From Syntrophales bacterium (GTDB lineage: Bacteria > Desulfobacterota > Syntrophia > Syntrophales > UBA2210), in the NCBI GenBank assembly GCA_963662405.2, contig CAXXKT010000002.1:64001-128000 (forward strand): a stretch of 64,000 bases of DNA. Direction: 5' to 3'. The notes under the pieces were generated by a model, which was given only the letters and a program-made list of their open reading frames with translations, did no database searches and had not been told where the DNA came from. Position numbers and translations under genes: made by a program. Positions 40,068 to 49,285 of this stretch are shown in pieces. How positions within the stretch are numbered: the first letter of the stretch is position 1; each line of letters opens with the position of its first letter.

Positions 40068-40820
40068 TCAGACCAGTTCCGATGCCAGGAGAGCCGCACC
40101 CAAGGCTCCAACCAACTGAGGGTCTTCGGGAACAAGAATGTTCCGTTTCAACTTTTCCTGAAGCAGTGCACACATGCAGGGGTTCCTGGCAACGCCACCG
40201 GTAAAGACGATAGCTCCTTCCGACGAGACGCGATTGATCATACTCCCCGCCCGCCGAATCACGCTGCTGTGCAATCCGAGGGCGATTTCACGCCTGTCTT
40301 GCCCTTTTGCGATCAGGGAGGTGACCTCGGACTCAGCGAATACCGTGCACATGCTGGAGATATTGAGTCCCTCCTCCGCCATGAGCGCTTCCCGGCCAAA
40401 AAGCGTGAGGTCATAGCCAAGGGTCTTGGCCATGACCTCCAGGAACTTCCCGGTGCCGGCGGCACAGCGATCATTCATCTCGAACTTCTTTATCTTCCCG
40501 TTTTCCTGCATGGCTATGGCCTTACTGTCTTGCCCTCCGATATCGAGAACCGTCAAGGCGTCGGGGAAAAAGGCACGTGCCCCCCTGGCATGGGCCTTGA
40601 TCTCCGTGACCGTTGGCATATCAAAGAAGGTCTCGCACAGGTTTCGGCCGTAGCCTGTGGCCATGATGCGATCGTACTCAACCCCGTCAAGCATCTTTTG
40701 GGCCTCCTCCACGGGATCGAAGCCGGTGTCTGCCTGGAGGCTGAGAGTAATTTTCCCTTCTTTATCCACGACAACCAACTCTATCGTCCGTGAGCCGATG
40801 TCAATTCCCGCAAAGCGCAT
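40068..40820 (-). CDS. ATP-dependent [4Fe-4S] activator (HgdC/BadF/DCCP-reductase-like ASKHA ATPase)
   Basis: GIDIGS, ATGYGR, DIGGQD, MNDRCAAGTG, SSMCTVFAESE, TGGVA. Confidence 0.92.
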   Translation of the reverse strand: MRFAGIDIGSRTIELVVVDKEGKITLSLQADTGFDPVEEAQKMLDGVEYDRIMATGYGRNLCETFFDMPTVTEIKAHARGARAFFPDALTVLDIGGQDSKAIAMQENGKIKKFEMNDRCAAGTGKFLEVMAKTLGYDLTLFGREALMAEEGLNISSMCTVFAESEVTSLIAKGQDRREIALGLHSSVIRRAGSMINRVSSEGAIVFTGGVARNPCMCALLQEKLKRNILVPEDPQLVGALGAALLASELV

Positions 40821-40843
40821 ACTGAAACAACCTTTCCCGCAAT

Positions 40844-42121
40844 TTAACGTAACTGCTCTATAAAGGCCTCTATTCTGGTCTTCAACTGGCCGGCATCCTC
40901 CATACTATAGTCGGTCTCGATACGCAGGCAGGGGATATCAGCCGCTTCGAGAGCATTCTCGACCGGTATAGATTCCATGAGATAGGGCTGACAGAACTGC
41001 AGACCATAGTGGATCACCCCATCCGCCTTATATGTGTCAACCATCTCCTGGATATGCCTCAGGCGGTCGGGATTGGGGGTAAAGATTGCGCAATCGACCC
41101 TGAAATAACGGTCAACGATGGCGTCAATCATCTCGTCGATGTCTGTTCCCGATTCATCCGTTAAGTTGCGGCATCCACGCTCTCCCACGCAAGACTCCTC
41201 GCCCACGATCACCGCACCTGATGACTCAACAATGGTGGGAAGTTTCCAGTTTGGAACCGCCTGAGGACATCCTGAGATGATGATACGTGGTGTCTTTTCC
41301 GAGAAGACGCCTTTTTTATCATTGATTCTCCGTTCCAATGCATCACAGATCTTGTTTAGCGATTCTGTGAAGCGAGCGGGGTTGTCATAAAAGGAGACCT
41401 GATTGGCCAAGAGGGCGTCCAGACCCGATATTGGTGCCGGATTTGCCGTGCGAAGGGAGGCGAGTCGGTGGAGGGCCGCCCGTTTTGCGTTGACTGCCCG
41501 GATCCCCTGCCCCAATGATTCAGGGGTGATAGCAGTGCCGGTCAGGGTTTCAAGGGCTTTCATGAAACGGTTGTATTCGGCCTTCAGAAGCTCCCGCCCC
41601 TGCTCGGATTTTACCTGTGGAAGATCCATGACATAGAGCCCATTCACCAAGTCCCCCAAGGATTCATATGCCTTCTTTTTCCCATCGCAGGTATTCTCGC
41701 CGACAATCATGTCAGCACATTCCAGATAGGGACAGACCCTGCCGAGTTTAAACCCGAACGATGACTTGATCAGGGCACAGGTATTGCGGGGCAGGAGTCT
41801 TTCCACATCCTCCATGGCAAAATCGGCTCCCGAACAGAGTCCCACTAACGTGGCATGAGCGGCAAGGACAATCTCCTCGGGCACAAAGACACAGTATGAA
41901 CCGACAATTTTACGCCCCCCCTTCTTCTCATCCAGCAATTCTTTGATCCTCAGGCCATGGATCTCACTCATGACAAAATCGAAATAGGCCATCTCTTCCG
42001 GACGATCTTTCTGCGACAGGAAAATATCCTGATAGGCGTTATTCAAAACGCCCAGCAGGGCATCATGGCCATCGAGGTCAAGTCCGAGCGCCGACCACAT
42101 GGAACGGTAATCTTCATTCAT
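40844..42121 (-). CDS. Double-cubane cluster protein / 2-hydroxyacyl-CoA dehydratase-like reductase, long form
   Basis: SYCVFVPEE, GLCSG, LPRNTC, VCPY, NTCDGKKK, EESCVG, DCAIFTPN, QFCQPY, IETDY; AAGGAGG RBS. Confidence 0.88.
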   Translation of the reverse strand: MNEDYRSMWSALGLDLDGHDALLGVLNNAYQDIFLSQKDRPEEMAYFDFVMSEIHGLRIKELLDEKKGGRKIVGSYCVFVPEEIVLAAHATLVGLCSGADFAMEDVERLLPRNTCALIKSSFGFKLGRVCPYLECADMIVGENTCDGKKKAYESLGDLVNGLYVMDLPQVKSEQGRELLKAEYNRFMKALETLTGTAITPESLGQGIRAVNAKRAALHRLASLRTANPAPISGLDALLANQVSFYDNPARFTESLNKICDALERRINDKKGVFSEKTPRIIISGCPQAVPNWKLPTIVESSGAVIVGEESCVGERGCRNLTDESGTDIDEMIDAIVDRYFRVDCAIFTPNPDRLRHIQEMVDTYKADGVIHYGLQFCQPYLMESIPVENALEAADIPCLRIETDYSMEDAGQLKTRIEAFIEQLR

Positions 42122-42351
42122 GCTATCTCCTCCTTATGATTGTTTCTTTCGATTTCCCTTTATCTTTCCGTCCGTCACTCCGGATGCACGGCATAGAAGA
42201 TACAAGAGGTGCATTGAACAACGCCATTCCGGGTCTCTCCATCTTCCACACCTCATGCGGATTATTGTGTGTGAAGAATGGGTCGTATTTCTTAAAACTG
42301 CAGGAGATCCTCGACATGGTGTATTACGTAACTCTGCAGTTATGCAACGCC

Positions 42352-42404
42352 TCTTATATTCTTATATTTAATATGTTAAATTCTTAAATTCTTAAATTCT
42401 ATAT
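42352..42404. repeat. AT-rich degenerate 8-bp tandem repeat upstream of the DCCP operon
   Basis: TCTTATAT x2, TTAATA, TGTTAAAT, TCTTAAAT x2, TCTATAT. Confidence 0.7.
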
Positions 42405-42630
42405 CACTTCTTTGTGCCATCGGGTTTTGGCATAGATTCACACCGGGCAATGCAACGGAGATACCGCCTTTCTCTGCCTCTCAAGCATCCGTCACGTTTT
42501 CCCCCTTGCCTTCGATTGGTAGTTATGTCAGTATCATCAATCGTGAGAAGGTATCGGGCAGCGAATGCTCCCACTCCATAACGAATCAAGATACGTAATA
42601 CTGATTGCCGCAGGTTCGAGGTTATCGTAT

Positions 42631-42858
42631 ATGGGTGCTCTCTTCTGGTGGGTATCGAAAGTTTTTATCGGACTGGTTTCCCTCTTTTTCTTTGTCCGGG
42701 GAGTCTCGGTGCTCATAGACTCCTATACCCTTACCAACCCCCTTGAGTTTATCATGTATTTCTTTTCATCAAGCATGCTCATCCTGATAAGTCTGGTGGG
42801 TATTATCTATTCATTCTTCAGAATCCTGAAAAGGGTCAAGGGGGAAGCTGTTCGATGA
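42631..42858 (+). CDS. Small two-helix membrane protein
   Basis: Two hydrophobic segments; GAGG RBS; ATGA overlap with the next gene. Confidence 0.65.
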   Translation: MGALFWWVSKVFIGLVSLFFFVRGVSVLIDSYTLTNPLEFIMYFFSSSMLILISLVGIIYSFFRILKRVKGEAVR

Positions 42859-44378
42859 TTTCCCGAGGTATTTTTGCAAGAAGCTTCATGAAGGCCACCG
42901 TTGTTACATTCGCCACCACACTCCTTTTATTGTCGTTTTTTCTCACACCCTGCAACGCCTATGATCTATCCGAGAAGGTCAGGGAGTGTACCCTCGAAAA
43001 CGGGGTCAGGGTCCTGATCGTCGAACGACACGCCGGCCCGACCGTCGCCCTGTACATCAGTCACCCCACCGGAGCCATAGACGACCAAACAGGCTGCACG
43101 GGGACCGCCCACTTCCTCGAACACCTGCGCTTCAAGGGAACAGAGACCATCGGTACACGGGACTTTGATGCGGAGAAGGTGATCCTCGGGAAGATATACG
43201 AGACGGGGGATGCCCTCGACGCTGAAGAGGCAAAAGACAAGGCCGCCGACCCACAAAAGGTGCTGGCGCTTCGTGAGCGTCTTGAGGGTCTGCAGAAAGA
43301 TGCGCTGAAATTCACCATCCCTGGGGAACTGGATCGCCTCTACACGGAAAACGGCGGGGGGGCTCTCAATGCCTTTACAGGTCAGGACCTGACCACCTAT
43401 CACGTGAGCCTGCCTGCAAACAGGATAGCACTGTGGGCGAGGATAGAGTCGGACCGGCTGGCCAATCCCGTTTTCCGTGAATTTTATTCGGAACGCGACG
43501 TGATACTGGAGGAACGGAACCAGCGGGTTGCCTCCAACCCCGACGGGAAGCTCATGGAACAATTTATGGCCGCTGCCTTTGTGGCTCATCCCTATCGAAG
43601 ACCCGTCCTGGGGTGGAAATCGGACATGCGCTTTCTGAATATGAATTGCATATCTGCCTTTTTCAAGAACTATTATACTCCCGATAACACCATCATCACG
43701 ATCGTGGGAGATGTCTCCCCGGAAAAAACGATGGAGATTGTTCGGCGTTATTTTGGTTCGCTCCCCAGTCGCACCGTACCGCCGCGTTATGTGACTCAAG
43801 AGCCTCCACAGGCGGGAGAGAGACGCGTGGAGGTGACCTTCGACGCCGCCCCCCGTCTCATCATCGGTTATCACAAACCCACCCTCCCCTCTTACGACGA
43901 CTGTGTCTTCGATGCGATCGACACGATCCTGTCCGAAGGGAGAACCTCGAGGTTTTATAGGGTGCTGGTGGAAGAGCACGGCATCGCCGCCTCAGTGAAG
44001 ACGGCGAACGGCTATCCGGGTGCCGGTTATCCGAACCTCTTCGTCGTTTTCGCTGAACCCATGACCCCTCACACCACCCGTGAGTTGGAGGATGCTATCT
44101 ACGGGGAACTGGACCGCTTAAAACGGGAGCCCGTGAATCCAAAAGAGCTTGAAAAAGCAAAGAATATCCTCAAGACAGATCTCCTGCGGGGCATGGCCAC
44201 CAATACCGGTCTTGCCGGAATGCTTTCCTATTATGAGACAGTGGCGGGAGACTGGCGGTACATCATGACGTTCCTTGATCTTCTGGAAAAGATTACCCCG
44301 GAAGATATCATGAGGACCGCGCAACAATATCTGGCCCGGGATAACAGAACGGTCGCCACACTGGTGAAAGACGAATGA
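42855..44378 (+). CDS. M16-family zinc peptidase, active subunit
   Basis: HFLEH (HxxEH), NAFT, EERNQR, HPY; N-terminal signal. Confidence 0.9.
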   Translation: MISRGIFARSFMKATVVTFATTLLLLSFFLTPCNAYDLSEKVRECTLENGVRVLIVERHAGPTVALYISHPTGAIDDQTGCTGTAHFLEHLRFKGTETIGTRDFDAEKVILGKIYETGDALDAEEAKDKAADPQKVLALRERLEGLQKDALKFTIPGELDRLYTENGGGALNAFTGQDLTTYHVSLPANRIALWARIESDRLANPVFREFYSERDVILEERNQRVASNPDGKLMEQFMAAAFVAHPYRRPVLGWKSDMRFLNMNCISAFFKNYYTPDNTIITIVGDVSPEKTMEIVRRYFGSLPSRTVPPRYVTQEPPQAGERRVEVTFDAAPRLIIGYHKPTLPSYDDCVFDAIDTILSEGRTSRFYRVLVEEHGIAASVKTANGYPGAGYPNLFVVFAEPMTPHTTRELEDAIYGELDRLKREPVNPKELEKAKNILKTDLLRGMATNTGLAGMLSYYETVAGDWRYIMTFLDLLEKITPEDIMRTAQQYLARDNRTVATLVKDE

Positions 44379-45787
44379 AAAGAATCTCAATATATATGTT
44401 GTTCCTTCTTCTATGCCTCTCTTCGTGTGCGTGGCAGGGCACGGTACCGATTGATCCCGACGAGATTACCTATCCGCCCCTCCGGTTCGAACCCCCGCAG
44501 ACACAGAGAACAGAACTTGCAAACGGAATAGTCCTGTACCTCCTGGAGGATCACGAACTGCCTTTCGTGAACCTGTCGGCAGTGGTGAGGATGGGATCAT
44601 ACTACGATCCGACGGGCAAGGAGGGACTGGCGGATCTGACGGGGACCGTTATGCGTACCGGCGGGACCCGGTCGATGACGGGCGATGAACTTGATGATGC
44701 ACTGGATCTGATTGCTGCGGAGGTGAGCATTGCAGTGGGGACCGAGTCGTGCACCGTTTCACTCTCCGTTCTCAGGGAGAACCTCGACAAGGGGCTTGAG
44801 CTCCTCTCGGACATATTGATGAATCCGGTCTTCGAAGAAGAAAAAGTTGTACTGGCCAAGTCTCTCGAGACGGAGGATCTCCGAAGGATTCGTGACAACC
44901 CCCAGCGGAGCGCCTTCAGGAAATTCCGCCGTCTCATCTACGAGGGAGATTCCCGGGGAAGGGTCCCCACCATCTCATCGATTGAAAAGATCCAGCGGGA
45001 GGATATGGTTGCATTTCACCGGCGGTTCTTTCACCCCACCAACACCATGATAGCGGTATCGGGTGATATAGAAAAAGATGCACTCCTTGAGAAGATACCG
45101 TCATGTCTGGGGGGATGGGTCGGCACCCTGCACGCCGATGGGACCGCTCCCGCACCGGCGCCGGCACGCGCGTCTCTCGATTATTTCTACAAGGACACGC
45201 CTCAGTCAGTGATCCTCCTGGGGTACCCGGCCCCCGGGAAAGAAAACCCTGACTATTACACCTTCGAGGTGCTTGATTTCATCATCGGGAGTGGTGGGTT
45301 TCGTTCCCGTATCTTCGGCGAGGTTCGAAACCGCCTGGGACTCGCTTACAGTGCCGGCAGTTTCTACTCTCCCCGTACCCGCTTCGGCATTTTCGGTACC
45401 TACGCAATGGTCAAGGGGGCATCAACCCTGGATGCCCTCGGCGCCGTCGTGAGGATTCTGAATGAAATCAAAGCCGAGGGTGTGCATCCGGAAGAGCTTG
45501 CCTGGGCTAAGGAATCCCTTATAAACGGTTTTGTCTTTTCCTTTGCCACATCGGACCGGATCGTTACGGGTCAGATGATGCTGGAATATGAGGGGCTTTC
45601 CGATAAATTCTTGACAAGATATAAAAATAATATAGAAAAAGTAACGTTAACCGATATAACGGATGTCGCATCGCGATATCTCTCGGATGATAACAGGATT
45701 GTACTCGTCCTCGGCGACCGAAAACGATTTGCCAGGCCCCTTTCCTCATTTGGCGACTTTCGGGTAACCGAGGTAGAAAAACAGTGA
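44375..45787 (+). CDS. M16-family peptidase partner subunit (no HxxEH), probable lipoprotein
   Basis: EDHELP, RNRLGLAYS; lipobox-like LSSC; ATGA coupling. Confidence 0.85.
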   Translation: MKRISIYMLFLLLCLSSCAWQGTVPIDPDEITYPPLRFEPPQTQRTELANGIVLYLLEDHELPFVNLSAVVRMGSYYDPTGKEGLADLTGTVMRTGGTRSMTGDELDDALDLIAAEVSIAVGTESCTVSLSVLRENLDKGLELLSDILMNPVFEEEKVVLAKSLETEDLRRIRDNPQRSAFRKFRRLIYEGDSRGRVPTISSIEKIQREDMVAFHRRFFHPTNTMIAVSGDIEKDALLEKIPSCLGGWVGTLHADGTAPAPAPARASLDYFYKDTPQSVILLGYPAPGKENPDYYTFEVLDFIIGSGGFRSRIFGEVRNRLGLAYSAGSFYSPRTRFGIFGTYAMVKGASTLDALGAVVRILNEIKAEGVHPEELAWAKESLINGFVFSFATSDRIVTGQMMLEYEGLSDKFLTRYKNNIEKVTLTDITDVASRYLSDDNRIVLVLGDRKRFARPLSSFGDFRVTEVEKQ

Positions 45788-45809
45788 TACGGAGCAAGAG
45801 GGATGAATC

Positions 45810-47054
45810 GTGGTTGACCGGGAGTTCTTTGATCGAATCAGCACGCGAATCGATTCGTACGCCGACGGGATGATAGCGCTGCAAACCGCCTTGACGGCCA
45901 TACCGGCGCTGGCGCCCGAAAGCGGAGGAAACGGTGAATACCGGAAGTCACGCTACCTCATGGAGCATCTCGCCGAGATGGGGTTTGACGATATTACCTC
46001 TTTCGATGCCCCCGACAGCCGGGTGGTCTCGGGATGTCGTCCGAACATTACCGTTACTCTCCCCGGGAGCAACCACCAAAAGACGGTGTGGATCCTGACG
46101 CACATGGATGTGGTCCCCCCCGGTGAGTTGGCGTTATGGGATCACGACCCCTATCAGGCATATGTAAAGGACGGAAGGATATACGGGAGAGGAACGGAGG
46201 ACAATCAACAGGACCTCGTCGCCTCCATCTTCGCGGCCAGGGCCTTTCTTGACGAGGGTATCCAACCCGGATTCTCGGTGGGTCTTGCGTTTGTTGCAGA
46301 TGAGGAGACATCAAGCCAAAAGGGGTTGGCCTATCTTCTCGGGCTGAAAAAAAAGATCTTTAAAAAGAATGATCTGATCGTCGTCCCCGATTTCGGGAAC
46401 GACGATGGATCCATGATCGAGGTAGCGGAAAAGAGCATCCTATGGCTGCGCGTGAGAACAAGCGGGGTGCAGTGTCACGCGAGCAGGCCTGAGGTGGGGA
46501 AAAACGCCTTTGCCGCCGCGTCGCACCTAGTCGCAACGTTGAGTGATCTGTATCGGATATTCGATCGGAGCGATCCATTATACACGCCCCCGACAAGTAC
46601 CTTCGAACCGACGAAGAAAGAGGCGAATGTCCCCAACATCAACACCATACCGGGAGATGATGTTTTTTACCTCGACTGCCGTATCCTCCCCGATCACAGC
46701 CTGGTCGAGGTGATGACGGAGATCCGGGCAAGGGCGGATCGGGTGGAAGAGAGATTCGATGTAACCATAGACATCGTCCCGGTTCAGATTGTAGAGGCAC
46801 CTGCCCCCACGGACAGAAATGCCCCTGTGGTAGCGGCCCTTTCGAAGGCAATACGGGACGTCTACGGTGTAAAGGCTCTCCCCGGCGGGGTCGGGGGCGG
46901 TACCGTAGCGGCCCACCTGAGGGAGCACGGGTACCCGGTCGCGGTATGGAGCAAACTGGAAGGAATGGCGCACCAGCCGAACGAGTCCTGCTCCATCGCC
47001 AACATGATAGGGAACGCCAAGGTGTTCGCCCATCTTTTCCTGGGCGATGGGTGA
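45810..47054 (+). CDS. M20 metallo-hydrolase (DapE/ArgE-like)
   Basis: THMDVVP, GRGTEDN, DEE, GVQCHAS, AHQPNE. Confidence 0.88.
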   Translation: MVDREFFDRISTRIDSYADGMIALQTALTAIPALAPESGGNGEYRKSRYLMEHLAEMGFDDITSFDAPDSRVVSGCRPNITVTLPGSNHQKTVWILTHMDVVPPGELALWDHDPYQAYVKDGRIYGRGTEDNQQDLVASIFAARAFLDEGIQPGFSVGLAFVADEETSSQKGLAYLLGLKKKIFKKNDLIVVPDFGNDDGSMIEVAEKSILWLRVRTSGVQCHASRPEVGKNAFAAASHLVATLSDLYRIFDRSDPLYTPPTSTFEPTKKEANVPNINTIPGDDVFYLDCRILPDHSLVEVMTEIRARADRVEERFDVTIDIVPVQIVEAPAPTDRNAPVVAALSKAIRDVYGVKALPGGVGGGTVAAHLREHGYPVAVWSKLEGMAHQPNESCSIANMIGNAKVFAHLFLGDG

Positions 47055-47083
47055 TACATGACTTGATGGATAAGGAGGCACGA

Positions 47084-47590
47084 ATGAAACAACCGAATGC
47101 TTCAGGAGGTAGAAAAAGCGTTGTCATCATCGAAAAGGACGGCCAGTGCCTGATGGATATCAGGACGGTCCTGACGGACGATCCCGATGTGACGATTGTC
47201 GGTGAATGCGCAGATCTCCCTGCGGCCACAACCCTTTTTATGGAAAAGATGGACGCGATACCTGACGTCATTATCACCTGCCTTGAGATTTTGAAGGAGG
47301 CGGTGGCGAGTGATGCCGGGGCTCTGATGGATTTGAAGGAACGGATGACGGGCGCCAAACTGATCGTCACGAGTGACCGATTTGCTGATGAAGAGATTTT
47401 TCGTATGGTAAACGAGGGGGTACGAGGATTCTTCCTCAAAGGGACACCCCCAAATCTCATCAAACGATGTATTGAGGTGGTGTCATCCGGCGGCATATGG
47501 ATGGACAATTCGTTTATCGCCAGGGTTTTCGAAGAGGTCGCACGCTGCAATGTGGCAGCGGGACCGCAAGACAGCTTATCGGGGAATTGA
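47084..47590 (+). CDS. Receiver-domain-only protein (atypical, NarL-like)
   Basis: AAGGAGG RBS; PDVIITCL (no phospho-Asp), GFFLKG; paralogous to the next gene's N-terminus. Confidence 0.75.
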   Translation: MKQPNASGGRKSVVIIEKDGQCLMDIRTVLTDDPDVTIVGECADLPAATTLFMEKMDAIPDVIITCLEILKEAVASDAGALMDLKERMTGAKLIVTSDRFADEEIFRMVNEGVRGFFLKGTPPNLIKRCIEVVSSGGIWMDNSFIARVFEEVARCNVAAGPQDSLSGN

Positions 47591-47600
47591 GGAGGTCCTG

Positions 47601-48338
47601 ATGGAAACCGAACGAAGAGACACGATACGGGTCGTCATCTTTGATGAAGACAACACCTTCCTTGATGCTCTGGGGGAAACGATCGCAACCGCGCCAGACA
47701 TAGAGATTGTTGACACACGCGGGACATTGGAGAGCGCCAAGGAATTCATCATTGGGGTCCGGGAACACCTCGATCTGATCCTCGTCAGCTTCAATATGCT
47801 CAAGGAGGTAGTGGCCTCGGACATGGAAACGCTGATGAGCCTGAAGGCAAATTTTCCCGGTACCCGGGTCGTTGTCATGGGAGAACGATACGCCGAGGAA
47901 GAAATATTTCGCATGGTTCAGGAGGGGATTAAGGGCTTCTTCGTCAAGGGAGATATCTCATCCGACTTTATCATCAAGTGTATCCGCGTCGTTTCAGAGG
48001 GACAGGTTTGGATGGATGCAAAACTCGTGAGCCGGGTCTTTGAAGAATTCTCACGTTACTACAGTCATGAGGAGGGAGAAATCAGATCGCCATCCCCCCA
48101 GGAAACGGATCGTCTGGCGCTTCTCACAAAGAGAGAGATGGAATTGCTGGAACTTGTGTCCATGAGTCTCAAAAACGATGAAATAGCAGATCGACTATTC
48201 ATAAGCACCAAGACGGTCAAGACTCACATACGAAATATCTTTGAGAAGCTGGGCTCCCGGAACAGGGTAGACGCTACCCTCCTCTATATCGGGGCCTCGA
48301 AGCGACGTTCACAAGTCGCGCAACATATTGAGCATTGA
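47601..48338 (+). CDS. NarL/LuxR-family response regulator with atypical receiver
   Basis: LTKREMELLELV...NDEIADRLFISTKTVKTHIRNIFEKL LuxR HTH; GGAGG RBS. Confidence 0.9.
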   Translation: METERRDTIRVVIFDEDNTFLDALGETIATAPDIEIVDTRGTLESAKEFIIGVREHLDLILVSFNMLKEVVASDMETLMSLKANFPGTRVVVMGERYAEEEIFRMVQEGIKGFFVKGDISSDFIIKCIRVVSEGQVWMDAKLVSRVFEEFSRYYSHEEGEIRSPSPQETDRLALLTKREMELLELVSMSLKNDEIADRLFISTKTVKTHIRNIFEKLGSRNRVDATLLYIGASKRRSQVAQHIEH

Positions 48339-48375
48339 AGGGTTCCGGGATCGATTTTCGGAGAAAATGATACTA

Positions 48376-49224
48376 TCATTCTGATTCTGTCATCCGGACA
48401 ATAGCCTCCGACAGGCGGCCGAACTCTTCGACCGTAAGGGTTTCGCCTCTCCTCCCGCCGTCAATGCCCGCGCCGGCAAGGAGCGAGGGAATATCCGTTC
48501 CTGCCCTGCGGATACACGCCATGCCCTTCAGGTTATTCGTCAGTGTTTTTCTCCGCTGTGCAAAAGCCGCTTTTACCGTCTCGATAAATACCTCGTGTTT
48601 TCCGATGGGATGGAGGGGGACGTCACGCATCTCCAGTTTCACTACGGCGGAGTCCACTTTTGGTACCGGGTAGAAACAGGTGGCCGGAACCGTCATCAGC
48701 CGTGAGACCGCCGCATACATCGAGATGATGACGGAGGGAATTCCGTACTCCTTCGTCGAGGGGAGAGCCGTAATGCGCTCCGCAACCTCTTTTTGAACCA
48801 TCAGGGTCACCGAGGAAATGTGTTGTCTGAATTCGAGCAGACGAAAGAGGATCTGCGATGAAATGTTATATGGAATGTTACCGATGACCTTGATCTTCCC
48901 CCTGCCTTCGAGGGGAAATGAAAAGTCATACCTCAGGACATCGACATGGTGAATCTCGACATTGGGAATCCCGCTCAGTTCGCTCCTCAGGACCGCTATC
49001 AGTGCCGGGTCCACCTCGATGGCCATGACTTTCCGCACCATCGGTGCGATCAGGGCCGTCATAACACCCAGACCCGCCCCGATCTCGACGACGGTGTCTT
49101 CCTCCTCGACCCCCGAAGATTCCGCGATCATGGCGGTAATATTGTTGTCCACAAGAAAGGATTGCCCGAGGCGCTTTGCCGGATGGATCCGGTATTTTCT
49201 GAGGATTGCACGTGGCGATTTCAT
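48376..49224 (-). CDS. rsmA: 16S rRNA adenine dimethyltransferase
   Basis: KRLGQSFL, EIGAGLG, GNIPYNI, PKVDSAV, QRRKTL. Confidence 0.95.
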   Translation of the reverse strand: MKSPRAILRKYRIHPAKRLGQSFLVDNNITAMIAESSGVEEEDTVVEIGAGLGVMTALIAPMVRKVMAIEVDPALIAVLRSELSGIPNVEIHHVDVLRYDFSFPLEGRGKIKVIGNIPYNISSQILFRLLEFRQHISSVTLMVQKEVAERITALPSTKEYGIPSVIISMYAAVSRLMTVPATCFYPVPKVDSAVVKLEMRDVPLHPIGKHEVFIETVKAAFAQRRKTLTNNLKGMACIRRAGTDIPSLLAGAGIDGGRRGETLTVEEFGRLSEAIVRMTESE

Positions 49225-49285
49225 TGATTGCATCGGGATACGGCTTTCCCTGATTCGGTATCTTGTCCAATGGCTATTCGGGCGG

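Noticed and set aside
33032..42121. Selenocysteine read-through in the DCCP operon
   Set aside because: All ORFs appear full length with Cys at the motif positions; no in-frame TGA interrupts a domain.
42122..42630. SAM-I or cobalamin riboswitch, sigma54 promoter, and short ORFs 42123-42317, 42120-42371 and 42404-42589
   Set aside because: No riboswitch consensus recognised. The TGGCAC near 42415-42420 lacks the TTGC -12 box. The ORFs lack recognisable motifs or convincing RBSs.
47084..48338. VpsT/CsgD-type c-di-GMP-binding regulators
   Set aside because: The W[F/L/M][T/S]R motif is absent (WMDN and WMDA instead).
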